A stretch of DNA of 45,752 nucleotides from an uncultured Pirellulaceae bacterium (GTDB lineage: Bacteria; Planctomycetota; Planctomycetia; Pirellulales; Pirellulaceae), in the NCBI GenBank assembly GCA_964408465.1, contig CAYOZV010000009.1, positions 1 to 45,752 on the forward strand, written 5' to 3'. The notes beneath the pieces are model-generated. The model worked only from the letters and a program-made list of their open reading frames with translations, had not been told where the DNA came from and did not search any database. Shown piece by piece: positions 1 through 9,831 of the stretch. The stretch's first letter is position 1. Every line of letters starts with the position of its first letter. A program made the translations under genes and the position numbers.

Positions 1-15
1 AGAGCGATTGTTGTG

Positions 16-38
16 GGTGGGCTGAGAGCCCACCCTAC
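16..38 (-). repeat. GTAG-type REP-like palindrome
   Basis: Minus strand reads GTAG-GGTGGGCT-CTC-AGCCCACC: a GTAG tetranucleotide followed by a perfect 8-bp hairpin. Intergenic; any partner copy would lie outside the window. Confidence 0.6.
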
Positions 39-67
39 GGGCGCGTGTTGCAAAGGTGCACGCGCAG

Positions 68-104
68 AAAAAAAGCAGGCTATGTAAAGATAGCCTGCTT
101 TTTT
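68..104. terminator. Bidirectional intrinsic terminator downstream of rpsT
   Basis: AAAAAAGCAGGCTAT-gtaaag-ATAGCCTGCTTTTTT, a perfect inverted repeat with A/T tails, about 30 bp past the rpsT stop. Confidence 0.85.
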
Positions 105-132
105 GTTTGACAAATTGTGCGGCGTCGAAAAC

Positions 133-405
133 CTAAGCGTCGGCTTTGGCTTTCTTGATTGCGGCTTGCAAACGCGACTTGCCGCGGCCCGCTTTGTTCT
201 TGTGGATGATGCCCTTGGCACCGGCGCGGTCAAGCTTGCGAGACGCGTCGCGGTATTCGAGTTCAGCCTTTTCAATATCGCCGGCCGCAACTGCAGCAAG
301 GACGGATTTGATCTGCGTCTTCATGGCCGATTTGGTGGCCTTGTTTCGCTGTTGAAGCTTTTCGTTTTGGCGGAGTCGCTTGGCGGCACTACGTGTATTT
401 GGCAT
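133..405 (-). CDS. rpsT: 30S ribosomal protein S20
   Basis: MPNTRSAAKRLRQNEK...RNKATKSAMKT...LDRAGAKGIIHKNKAGRGKSRL; 90 aa, basic. Confidence 0.98.
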   Translation of the reverse strand: MPNTRSAAKRLRQNEKLQQRNKATKSAMKTQIKSVLAAVAAGDIEKAELEYRDASRKLDRAGAKGIIHKNKAGRGKSRLQAAIKKAKADA

Positions 406-604
406 AATTCTTCAGAAATATATGTGGTTGGTTCTTTTGGTTATTTTTGGACCGGATAATATCTCAATAACCCTTGATCTTGTCCACTGGTATTTTCGGC
501 ATTTTATGGGGTATATGTTGTCCAAATCGGCCCGAAATGCCAAACAGCCGCTTTGAAGACGCCTTCGGCCCCCGTTATTCGCAAATTCACCGACAATTCT
601 TAAC

Positions 605-1402
605 ATGAATCAGCCCGATGAAGCGACAACCCGACCCTCTCCGCTGGCGGGGCAAACGGTGCTGATTACACGGGCCGCCCATCAAAGTGCGGCCTTTGCG
701 AAGCTGTTGACCCATCGCGAAGCAACCGCCGTGTTTCAACCGGCTATCGAAATCGTCGGCCCGGATAGCTGGGAGATGGCTGATAGCCTGATCAAAAATC
801 TGGCCGAGTACGCGCGGCTGGTGTTTGTTAGCGGCAACGCGGTGAAGTTCTTTCTCGATCGCGTCATCCACCAGCAGCAAATGGAGGCCCTGAAGGCATT
901 GGCTCCTGAGATTGTCGCGATCGGTTCTGGTACTGGGGCCGTGATCGAATCGTATGGTTTGGCTGTTTCGGGCGTTCCGGAGAACTCCAACAGTCAATCC
1001 TTAGCCAAAATGTTGGTCGAGAATCGGGTATCTACCAACACCGCGATCTTTCGCGCCGATCGAGGCAGCGCCGTATTGGGGGATCGTTTGGCCGAAGAAG
1101 GAATTGATTTCGAAGAAGTGGTGATCTACCGCAGCCAAGATGTGCTGCAACCGGATCCTGCGGTGTTTGATGAAATGGCGAATTCGAAAATTCACTGGAC
1201 GACGATTACCAGTTCGGCGATTGGAGAATCGATTGTCAATCAATTTGGGGATGCCTTGCGGCAAACGAAGATCGCAACGATCAGCCCGACAACGACCGCC
1301 GCGATGGAACGATTGGGGTTCACCGTGGCCGCCGAAGCGGCGCGATACGATCTCGATGGAATGATCTCCGCGATGGAATCCTACCAAGGGGATCGTCGAT
1401 GA
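605..1402 (+). CDS. hemD: Uroporphyrinogen-III synthase
   Basis: LAGQTVLITR, LVFVSGNAV, AIGSGT, VIYRS, TITSS and ISPTT motifs of HemD. Confidence 0.92.
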   Translation: MNQPDEATTRPSPLAGQTVLITRAAHQSAAFAKLLTHREATAVFQPAIEIVGPDSWEMADSLIKNLAEYARLVFVSGNAVKFFLDRVIHQQQMEALKALAPEIVAIGSGTGAVIESYGLAVSGVPENSNSQSLAKMLVENRVSTNTAIFRADRGSAVLGDRLAEEGIDFEEVVIYRSQDVLQPDPAVFDEMANSKIHWTTITSSAIGESIVNQFGDALRQTKIATISPTTTAAMERLGFTVAAEAARYDLDGMISAMESYQGDRR

Positions 1403-1424
1403 ACGAAGGAAGTGAAAGTCAATT

Positions 1425-2480
1425 GTGAACGCGCCACCGTTTTTTGATCGCAGTGATTTTCTGGCGCGTATCAAAGCCTCAGGCCACCCTGCCCTGCTTC
1501 CATGGGCGGATCGTTTGGAAGGAATCTGTGAAGAGCGTTTTTTTTCTAACCGTGATGCTTTATGGGCGTCATGCAAAGAAGTGCTCGATCGTCTACCGCC
1601 GCCGGCAGGGTGTTCGTTGGACGCCAGTGGTGATGTGATCAGAGTCATCGGGCCATGCGCGGCAACCGATGACCGTCGCCTTTGGTCCCAAGGTGCCAAC
1701 GGCGGAGTGAAAAATGACGATAACGCAGAGGAAGACGACCGTCGTGACGATCTTCTGCGTCTGAATCCTTGGCGAATCGGCCCCTACCATTTGGACGGCG
1801 TCGATATTGATTCCGAATGGCGTTCCTACAAAAAATGGAACAGGATCGCCTCCAAGGTGTATTTCGACGGTGCGAAAGTTTTGGATGTTGGCTGCAATAA
1901 TGGCTACTTCGGTTTCAAGGCGTTGGCTGCGGGAGCCCAATGGGTGATGGGCGTCGAGCCGTTTTTGCTTTACATCGTCCAGCACGAAATTTTCCGCCGC
2001 TATTGTGGCGATCCTGCTGCGATTGGGGTGATGCCCATCAAAGCCGAAGAGATTCCTGCGGACCTAAAAGTGTTTGACGTCGCGCTTTCGATGGGCGTGT
2101 TGTACCATCGGAAAAACCCGATCGGTCATCTGGAGACGCTCCGCGATTGCTTGAGAAAGCGCGGCCAATTGATTCTCGAAACGATGGCGATTGATTCTGA
2201 GGACGCCAACGTGATCGTGCCTAAGGATAAGTTTGCAAAGATGCGCGGTGTTTGGTTCATGCCGACCGTTGGCATGTTAAAACGATGGCTGCAGCGGACG
2301 GGTTTCGCGGAGATTGAGGTCATCGATGTTTCGGTGACCGATGCTAGTGAACAGCGTAAAACCCCGTTCATGCCGTTTGAGTCGCTGAGCGATTTCCTTG
2401 ACCCGCAAAACTCAGCGCTGACGATTGAGGGTTATCCAGCACCGGTGCGGGTGGCGATCTCAGCGGTGCGCGGGCGTTGA
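1425..2480 (+). CDS. cmoB: CmoB-family tRNA U34 (carboxy)methyltransferase
   Basis: PWRxGP, IDSEWRS, VLDVGCNNGY, SMGVLYHR, LILET and IEGYPAPxR motifs; GTG start. Confidence 0.9.
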   Translation: MNAPPFFDRSDFLARIKASGHPALLPWADRLEGICEERFFSNRDALWASCKEVLDRLPPPAGCSLDASGDVIRVIGPCAATDDRRLWSQGANGGVKNDDNAEEDDRRDDLLRLNPWRIGPYHLDGVDIDSEWRSYKKWNRIASKVYFDGAKVLDVGCNNGYFGFKALAAGAQWVMGVEPFLLYIVQHEIFRRYCGDPAAIGVMPIKAEEIPADLKVFDVALSMGVLYHRKNPIGHLETLRDCLRKRGQLILETMAIDSEDANVIVPKDKFAKMRGVWFMPTVGMLKRWLQRTGFAEIEVIDVSVTDASEQRKTPFMPFESLSDFLDPQNSALTIEGYPAPVRVAISAVRGR

Positions 2481-2688
2481 AATCGGAACTTTCGCCCGCT
2501 ATGGCAGTTTAAATCGTCTCTGAATTAGCGGTTTTCATGTTAACTGTCACCGGAAGTTCCGTTTTGCGTGAATAGGTGAACAATGTGACTACTATTAAAG
2601 GCGGCTGAAGACGATGGACGATTTTAACAGTGGCATCAGTCGTCTTGGAAATCTAAACCGAGCGACTTCACATATAAAGAAGCTGAAC

Positions 2689-4590
2689 ATGCGACAACCA
2701 TCTGACCGTCTATCCAAATCAGCCATTGTCCCCATCGGAGTTGCTGGCCACACCTCTAACCGAGCTGGTGTTTCCGCGGTCGCTACGATTGTGACGTTGA
2801 TCATTTTTCTGATCGTTGGGATCGGAATCTATTCATGGTTGAACTCCGGCGATGAAGGCCCTTCTTTTGCTCCCATCACCAGTGAAGTGACGCGCGGTGA
2901 TTTCGTATCCAAGGTGCTTGATCAGGGAGAGATCGAAAGTAGCGCCAACATTGAAATTCGGTGTGAGGTCAAGGCTCGCAATGGCGAGGTCAGCGTGCTC
3001 AAGGCGGCCGACGAGGGTATCGAAGTGAAACCGGGCGACTTTCTGGTGCAGCTGGATTCGGCTTCCTTCGACAAAGAACTTGAAGCGCAAAACATTGCGA
3101 TCGCAACGGCCCAAACAAAAGTTATCAAAGCCGAAACGGTTTTAGAAACGGCCAAGGCGTCCAAACGTGAGTACGAGGAGGGTGTTTTTGTCGAAGCTCT
3201 GCAGACGTTTGAGAACGATATCTTTGACGCGCAATCTCAGATATCGACCGCCAATCAGGAGCTTGAGCAGTCCATCGCCGTGATGGAGCACAGCGAAAAA
3301 CTTCACAGCCGAGGCTTCATCACTCAGCGGCAACTAAACGCAGACCAGTTCGCGGTCGAAAAAGCCAAGATCGCAATTAAGAAAGCAGAAAATCTCCTTT
3401 CACTGGCCAAACAAAAGAAGAAGGTGCTGGTCGAGGTCACCCAAGAAAAAGAATTGACTCAACTGGACGCGGAGATCCGCGCGGCGAAGGTCGATTTAAA
3501 CAGTCAACAACAATCCTTCGAAGTTGAAAAGCAAAAGTTGGCGGATATCAACGAGGCGATCGCCAAATGTCGTATCGTCGCCCCACCGGGCGTTGAAGGG
3601 CAATTGGTTTACGCCAAGGAGTCGCGCGGACGTGGTGACGAATGGGTGTTGGAAGAGGGGGCGAGCGTACGTGAGAATCAGGTTTTGGTGCGTGTGCCTG
3701 ACCCGAAAAAAATGCAGGTCAAAGCGCTAATTAATGAACAGAGCATCACGCAAATCGAACCCAACATGCCGGCGACAGTACAGGTCGATGCGCTTAATAG
3801 TGTTTCGCTCAAAGGGATCGTTGTGAAGGTGAACCAGTATGCTGAATCCAAAGGCTGGTTCGGTTCTAACGTCCGTAAGTACGCGGTCTTCATTCGCATT
3901 ATTGATCCGCCGCTAAGTCTCAAACCCGGCATGAACGCGTCGGTTTCGATTCAGTCGCGATTCGAAAAGGATACGTTGCTGGCACCGCTGCAGACCGTTT
4001 ACAGCGTGCAGGGGCGGAGCTTTTGCTTGGTGAAAAACGGCGATCGTTACGACACCAAAGAGGTCGCCATCGGCGGTGACAATTCCAAAATGGTGATGTT
4101 CAAAGATGGCGTCAATGTTGGTGACGAATTGGTGATGAATCCTGGATCCTTCAAGGAGCGAATGGAGCTTCCTGAAGTTTTGGCGGATGAGAGTATTGAT
4201 TTACCCGACAATGTAACGCTGGTCAAAACAGAGGGTAAAGCAGGGACTAAAGCAAAAGGCGGCGGCAAGCCATCGGGGCGACCCGTGGGCGGCGGTCGGC
4301 CGGCGGGAGACGGTGGAAGGACCAGCGGTATGGTCAATGGCATGATGTCTAAATACGATACCAACAGTGACGGGAAGATCGACGCGGGCGAGATGGCCAG
4401 TCTGGATAGCCGCGCGAAGAACTTCATCGGAGGCGCCGATAGTGACTCCGATGGAACGGTCACCAAAGCTGAAATGACCAAAGCGGCAGAAAAAATGATG
4501 TCACAGCGGAGTGGTGGCGGAGGTGGCCCCGGCGGTGGCGGAGCGCGGCCTGCCACTTCGACCGAAGGATCTTCTGGGGGGCAGCCTTGA
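2689..4590 (+). CDS. HlyD/MacA-like periplasmic adaptor subunit with C-terminal EF-hand pair
   Basis: N-terminal TM anchor, lipoyl half-motif (EGIEVKPGDFLVQLD), long coiled coil, LKPGMNASV, then a Gly-rich tail with two EF-hand loops. The ORF is open from 2614; ATG 2689 is the preferred start. Confidence 0.88.
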   Translation: MRQPSDRLSKSAIVPIGVAGHTSNRAGVSAVATIVTLIIFLIVGIGIYSWLNSGDEGPSFAPITSEVTRGDFVSKVLDQGEIESSANIEIRCEVKARNGEVSVLKAADEGIEVKPGDFLVQLDSASFDKELEAQNIAIATAQTKVIKAETVLETAKASKREYEEGVFVEALQTFENDIFDAQSQISTANQELEQSIAVMEHSEKLHSRGFITQRQLNADQFAVEKAKIAIKKAENLLSLAKQKKKVLVEVTQEKELTQLDAEIRAAKVDLNSQQQSFEVEKQKLADINEAIAKCRIVAPPGVEGQLVYAKESRGRGDEWVLEEGASVRENQVLVRVPDPKKMQVKALINEQSITQIEPNMPATVQVDALNSVSLKGIVVKVNQYAESKGWFGSNVRKYAVFIRIIDPPLSLKPGMNASVSIQSRFEKDTLLAPLQTVYSVQGRSFCLVKNGDRYDTKEVAIGGDNSKMVMFKDGVNVGDELVMNPGSFKERMELPEVLADESIDLPDNVTLVKTEGKAGTKAKGGGKPSGRPVGGGRPAGDGGRTSGMVNGMMSKYDTNSDGKIDAGEMASLDSRAKNFIGGADSDSDGTVTKAEMTKAAEKMMSQRSGGGGGPGGGGARPATSTEGSSGGQP

Positions 4591-5348
4591 ACGAGCCAAT
4601 CAAAATGGCGGCCAGTCTCCGCGATTTGCAAAAACATTACGTGCTCAAAAGCGAAACCGTGAAAGCGCTGCGCGGGATTTCTTTCGACATTCCCGAAGGC
4701 GACTACGTTGCGATTATGGGGCCTTCGGGGTCGGGTAAAAGTACGTTACTAAATTTATTGGGATGTCTCGATCGACCAACGCATGGGAAGTACTATTTAG
4801 GTGACGATGACGTCGCGCAAATGACGGACGATCAACTTTCTGAAGTCCGTGCGTCTAGATTAGGTTTTGTGTTTCAGTCCTATAATTTGATCGCGCAACT
4901 GAGCGTTGTCGAAAACATCGAGGTGCCGCTGTACTACATGGGGCAACTGAATTCCCAGTCGCGTGCCCGCAGTACCCAGTTGGCGACAATGGTGGGGCTT
5001 GGCGAACGTCTGGGACATCGTCCGACGCAGTTATCTGGTGGTCAACAACAACGGGTCGCGATCGCGCGGTCTTTGGTGAACGATCCTTATTTCATTTTGG
5101 CCGATGAAGCGACAGGAAATTTGGATTCGGTTACCACCGAAGAAATCTTGGCCCTGTTTCAACGGCTCAATGACGAAGGCCGCACGATCATCATGGTCAC
5201 CCACGAAGACGAAGTCAGCCAACACGCCAAACGCGTCATCTGGTTGAAGGACGGTGAAGTTCAATCCGACGAACCTGTCGAAAATAGGGCCGTGTTTACT
5301 GCCCAACGCATCCAAGAGATTTCACAGAACGCGGAGGTAAGGACGTAG
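4587..5348 (+). CDS. ABC transporter ATP-binding protein (MacB/LolD-like)
   Basis: Walker A GPSGSGKS, signature LSGGQQQRVAIAR, Walker B ILADEATGNLD, H-loop MVTH. The TTG start overlaps the upstream stop; alternative ATG at 4605. Confidence 0.95.
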   Translation: MNEPIKMAASLRDLQKHYVLKSETVKALRGISFDIPEGDYVAIMGPSGSGKSTLLNLLGCLDRPTHGKYYLGDDDVAQMTDDQLSEVRASRLGFVFQSYNLIAQLSVVENIEVPLYYMGQLNSQSRARSTQLATMVGLGERLGHRPTQLSGGQQQRVAIARSLVNDPYFILADEATGNLDSVTTEEILALFQRLNDEGRTIIMVTHEDEVSQHAKRVIWLKDGEVQSDEPVENRAVFTAQRIQEISQNAEVRT

Positions 5349-5457
5349 GGTGTAGAGGAACAGGCAACCAATCCCTGAGAAGGAGCAAACGCGAGCGGTT
5401 GTTGTCTTTTGCACCACAAACAAACGGATTAAAAATTCGTGCTACAGTTCAAACCCA

Positions 5458-6798
5458 ATGCGATTATTTCGAACGTTTAAGTTAGGGCTCAAAAGCCTCC
5501 TGCTGCACCCGATGCGATCCGCATTGACGGTGCTGGGGATCTTTATTGGTGTCGCGAGTGTGATTTGGTTGCTGGCCATTGGCGAAGGCATCAGCCGAGA
5601 GGCTCAACGGCAAATCGAGGATTTAGGTGCTGAGAATATCATCGTCAGGTCGGTGAAACCGCCATCGACATCCTCTGGGGCCAGTCGGACGATCGCCGAT
5701 TTTGGCGTCAAGCGATCCGAGGCGGAAATGCTGATGACGACCGTGCCGACTATTGATCGCGTCGTGCCTATCCGCGAACTGCAACAGAATTTTATCTATA
5801 ACGGAAACCCTAACGCGAAACCGGTTGACGGTCGTTTGGTGGGGTGCACCCCAGAGTACGCGGTGATCAACCGCTTAGAGGTCGCCCGCGGACACTTTAT
5901 CACGCATCGGGAAGTCGAATCCAAGCGCGGCGTGTGTGTTATTTCGGCGGTGCTGGCGGATCGTTTGTTTCCCTCAGAAGATCCCATCAACAAGCAAATG
6001 TATTTGCCGGAGAAGCAAGAATATTTCAGCATCGTTGGCGTGTTGGAAAAGCGTAACGCGACCGCCGCGATCGGCGGTTCATTGTCGGCTCAGGATTTTT
6101 CGCTGGATGTGTATATTCCGATCAGCACCATGTATCAGCGCATGGGCGATCGTGAGGTTAAACGCGCGGGCGCCTCGTTTTCGATCACCGACTTCGAACT
6201 TTCGCAGATCACCGTCCAGGTTGGCGATCTTGATGACGTGCCGCGCACGGCGGAACTGATTGAAGCGACGTTGATGGCCGATGATGCCAACCGCCAAGAC
6301 ATCGCCGTCGTGGTGCCCTACGAATTGTTGGAGCAAGCCAAGACGACGCGGTTGATGTTTATGATGTTCATGGGATTGATTGCCGCGATCTCATTGATTG
6401 TCGGTGGTATCGGTATCATGAACATTATGTTGGCAACGGTTACCGAAAGGACGCGCGAGATCGGCATTCGCCGCGCGTTGGGGGGGAAGCGTTCGGATAT
6501 CACTCAGCAGTTCTTGGTCGAAACCATTTCGCTGTCGGTCGTTGGCGGATTGACGGGCGTGTTGGGCGGTTTGTTATGCCCGCTGGTTGTCGCCTATACA
6601 CGGCAGGGCATTCAGCAATTCGCACCTGACTTCTACGCGAATCTGCCTGAAGTGGCGAAAGTGATGAGCCCCGAGATCGTGCCGGCGTCGATTCCGATCG
6701 CGTTTTTCATTTCAGTGATTGTGGGTGTGATCTTTGGGATTTATCCGGCGATCCGAGCCGCGCAGATGGATCCAATTGAGGCGCTGCGGCACGAGTAA
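5458..6798 (+). CDS. ABC transporter permease (MacB periplasmic core + FtsX)
   Basis: RSALTVLGIFIGVASV, GGIGIMNIMLATVTERTREIGIRRALG, YPAIRAAQMDPIEALRHE. Confidence 0.95.
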   Translation: MRLFRTFKLGLKSLLLHPMRSALTVLGIFIGVASVIWLLAIGEGISREAQRQIEDLGAENIIVRSVKPPSTSSGASRTIADFGVKRSEAEMLMTTVPTIDRVVPIRELQQNFIYNGNPNAKPVDGRLVGCTPEYAVINRLEVARGHFITHREVESKRGVCVISAVLADRLFPSEDPINKQMYLPEKQEYFSIVGVLEKRNATAAIGGSLSAQDFSLDVYIPISTMYQRMGDREVKRAGASFSITDFELSQITVQVGDLDDVPRTAELIEATLMADDANRQDIAVVVPYELLEQAKTTRLMFMMFMGLIAAISLIVGGIGIMNIMLATVTERTREIGIRRALGGKRSDITQQFLVETISLSVVGGLTGVLGGLLCPLVVAYTRQGIQQFAPDFYANLPEVAKVMSPEIVPASIPIAFFISVIVGVIFGIYPAIRAAQMDPIEALRHE

Positions 6799-6958
6799 CG
6801 CGGTTTGAATGGTCCCGATCGGCGAGTTGTTTGCGCGGAATGTTGGATGGGGATTTCAAACTTGCCCCGCGCGTTCCCAAAACTCCAACGCATTGACCGG
6901 GAGTGCATTTTCGCTGTGCGAAAGGCTGCTATGCGTCAATTTCGATTTGAGGCCTACG

Positions 6959-6989
6959 AAAAAAGCGGCTGACCGAAGCCAACCGCTTA
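6959..6989 (-). terminator. Intrinsic terminator with UUCG loop
   Basis: Minus strand AAGCGGTTGGC-TTCG-GTCAGCCGCTT followed by a T run; lies between convergent genes. Confidence 0.8.
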
Positions 6990-7035
6990 ATTTAAGTTTG
7001 TCGTTGTGAATGAACTGCGTGCACGCGCCGCTTGC

Positions 7036-7323
7036 TTAAGTGGCCTTCTTAATGAGTCCAATCACGAACAGCAGAATCACCGCACCGATTGTGCCTGAGA
7101 TGATCTCATTGACGTAAGGTACTGGGATTAGATTGAGAGAAGAAAAGATTGATGAAAACACAAACGCGCCTAGGACGCCAACGATGATGTTTGGCACCAG
7201 GCCCATGCTGCTGCCTTTCATGATTTGACCGGCTAAAAAACCAGCAATCGCTCCAATGATGACGGCGACTAAAACTCCCCACAGATTAAAACCTGTGACG
7301 TCGGCAAGAAACATAAGTTCCAT
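7036..7323 (-). CDS. GlsB/YeaQ/YmgE (transglycosylase-associated) small membrane protein
   Basis: IIGAIAGFLAGQIMKG...GLVPNIIVGVLGA...IGAVILLF; AGGAG RBS. Confidence 0.9.
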   Translation of the reverse strand: MELMFLADVTGFNLWGVLVAVIIGAIAGFLAGQIMKGSSMGLVPNIIVGVLGAFVFSSIFSSLNLIPVPYVNEIISGTIGAVILLFVIGLIKKAT

Positions 7324-7666
7324 TTTAAACTCCTGTGTGTGTGGAAAGATTCGGGCTGAACGTTCTCGATCGCCGAATCAAGAGAGAGTGTAATAACAAA
7401 AGGAAAGGTCCAATGTTCCAAACGACTTTTTCGAAATCATCCGGACACTGGTTGCATTCTTAAAAGATTGCTGGGCGAGAAAAGATCTATGCCGTGAGAA
7501 TGCGAAGCGGAAATCGTGTTTCGCGTGAAAACGTCGTTTTTTCCGGCGTTATATATTATCTTTGGGATTCAGGTTGCGGGCAGATTTTTAACTCGACACT
7601 CGTCCTGCGATCTTTGAAGATTGTTGTTTTTGAGATGACCTTATTGATCCTGTGGCGTTTTTTTTG

Positions 7667-9619
7667 TTAGTTTCCGCTTTGTCTGAAAATGGATTCTGCG
7701 GAAACCCCCATTTTATTTAGCAGAGGCAGTATTTGCATCCTCAGGAAATCGCCGTGCTGTTTCTGCAGACGTTTGACCGATGTGGACGACAGCGATGTCT
7801 GTTTTTGCTGGAAGACATGATGAAGTTGGACTTGGCCGTCTTTGTCGGACCGAAGATTTAATATGGTTTCGCCATCCTTCCAAAAAACGAAAATTGAGAA
7901 ACCAATTTTTGGATGTTCGCTGAGCAGATAAAACAGATCTTCTGCCTCGTCCTCGAAAAGGAATTTGAAGAAGGTGCGTTTTCCCCGCACGTCTCTCCAA
8001 CGGTTTTGCTCGGGGTGGACCATCAGTGTCATGCGCAGGTCCGATTTGTACATCGTTCGATTCAGCGACTTCGTTTTATTGTTGTTCAATTCAGCGGCGT
8101 GGTCAGAAACCTCGGACCGGACTTTTACATTGTCGGCGATGCGTTGGAATAAAATTTGCTCGTATCCAAGTCCCGCGACGTTGTGTTCGCCGCCCATCTT
8201 CAGCCAAGATTTTGGCAAGCCGGAGGCTTCGAAAGATTGCCTGACCTCCTTCATCAGTTGTGTGGGAGTTTTGCCGTCGAATGTTTTGCTCCAGTGGCTG
8301 CGGTCGATCGCTAGGTTACCTCGATCGTCCAGTTTCAGCTTCAGTAAATCTTTCAGTGGTTGTTCAACCTGTTCCCGTCCGGTCTTTCTCAGGCGGCGGC
8401 GAGTCTTGGGCGCCGGTGGATTCGTTAGGTTGGCGTTTGCATTTGCGTTTGGTTCTTCCTTGACCGTTTTTGTTGGCTGGGACTTGGTGGCTTCGGTTTG
8501 CCATTGTGATACCCAATTGGACCACGCATCGACATCGTCGCCGAAGTTTTGGTCGGTAACTGTTTCGAGTTGCTGGATCGTATTTCGGATGGACTGTTTG
8601 GATGTCTTGGTTGCAACTTGATGACTCAATAACTTCGCTAGAATCTCCGGCGACTTTAAAAGTTTCCCGTCGACGACGGTGTTGATCATTAAAACGGTGG
8701 ATTCATCGTCGCTGGCCTGGAGCGCCTCGATGAAGCGCGCTCTTGTTTCCAACGGTAGATTGTTGGACGCCAGCATCGCGGCAACGGCGACAATATGTTG
8801 GTCTAGGTGTTTCGACAGATTTTGCGATTCTTGTTTTCGCAGCTTGAATTTTTTAGAGGCTAGATTTGGAAACGTTGCTTCAAATGTTTTTCGATCTTCG
8901 TCAGAAAAATTAAGAATGGATTCGAGCAATTCTTCAATGTTTGAACGCGCAGCAACCTTGGGTACTCCCAGTCCTGCGGCGCGAAAGCGATCGAGCGTCG
9001 TGGCGAATTCTGATTGCGCGATCAGTTCGTTGATCGTTTCATCAGACATGTGGGTAAAAGAATCACCTTCGATGGCAACCAGAGTTAGGCGGTGGTGCGT
9101 CTGACGCACGATGTGGATATGTTCTTGTGCCAGATTCACCGAAATCATGGAGAGGCGTTGTTCGGCATCGTCCAGTTCAATTTCGACACGGTTGGTGGCA
9201 TCGGTAAGGTCTGTCAGCCTGATGATCTTTTGATTCTCTTTTTTCTGTCCCCACCGATCGGTGCCGGAGTTGATCATGAACTGTGCGACGTCAGATTCGC
9301 TCTGGCAAAAGAATTTGCCACCACCGGATGAACGCGAGCTTGAGTAGGCGTTTTTGACGATAGATTTGCTGAGTTCTTCGACCTCGTCATGCTTGGGGAA
9401 CTCTAGGACAAAACGCCCGTCCTTGGCTTCGATTGCGATTTTTTCGGCCAACGCCGCACGGGCGTCGATCATGGCTTGGGTGGATTTGGGGTCCGAGTTC
9501 CGCTTCCCAAACCCAAACAATTGGGCGTGGGATGCTGAGATCAATGCCGTCGAGAAAATAAACGCAGCCATCGCCGCGACCAAAGCGCGGTTGATGGAGG
9601 TAGGTTGGGTGTGATTCAT
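7667..9619 (-). CDS. Exported hypothetical protein (~650 aa) with a HEAT-like central region
   Basis: Long ORF; signal peptide after ATG 9619 (RALVAAMAAFIFSTALISASHA); helical motifs LASKKFKLR and LETVTDQNFGDDVDAWSNW. The ORF track extends it to 9790. Confidence 0.75.
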   Translation of the reverse strand: MNHTQPTSINRALVAAMAAFIFSTALISASHAQLFGFGKRNSDPKSTQAMIDARAALAEKIAIEAKDGRFVLEFPKHDEVEELSKSIVKNAYSSSRSSGGGKFFCQSESDVAQFMINSGTDRWGQKKENQKIIRLTDLTDATNRVEIELDDAEQRLSMISVNLAQEHIHIVRQTHHRLTLVAIEGDSFTHMSDETINELIAQSEFATTLDRFRAAGLGVPKVAARSNIEELLESILNFSDEDRKTFEATFPNLASKKFKLRKQESQNLSKHLDQHIVAVAAMLASNNLPLETRARFIEALQASDDESTVLMINTVVDGKLLKSPEILAKLLSHQVATKTSKQSIRNTIQQLETVTDQNFGDDVDAWSNWVSQWQTEATKSQPTKTVKEEPNANANANLTNPPAPKTRRRLRKTGREQVEQPLKDLLKLKLDDRGNLAIDRSHWSKTFDGKTPTQLMKEVRQSFEASGLPKSWLKMGGEHNVAGLGYEQILFQRIADNVKVRSEVSDHAAELNNNKTKSLNRTMYKSDLRMTLMVHPEQNRWRDVRGKRTFFKFLFEDEAEDLFYLLSEHPKIGFSIFVFWKDGETILNLRSDKDGQVQLHHVFQQKQTSLSSTSVKRLQKQHGDFLRMQILPLLNKMGVSAESIFRQSGN

Positions 9620-9831
9620 CAGATTTCCAGATCGTGCAACGGTAACCGATTGTGGTTGGTTCTCATTGTATGAGGTTTTCGCCACCACCGCAGGCCATTG
9701 TGAGGGTGGCACACTCGGACAAGATTTCGTGTTACGATTGTCGCGCGAGATTGACTGCCGATGCGTTTCAGCAATCTTGCGTTCCAGCAATCTTGCACAC
9801 CAGCCATCTTTCTTCAGCCGCGATCTATCAC

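Noticed and set aside
9652-9831. Apparent overlap of the divergent MFS and hypothetical ORFs
   Set aside because: Both ORF-track starts are over-extended; plausible starts (9619 and ~9832) leave a normal divergent gap.
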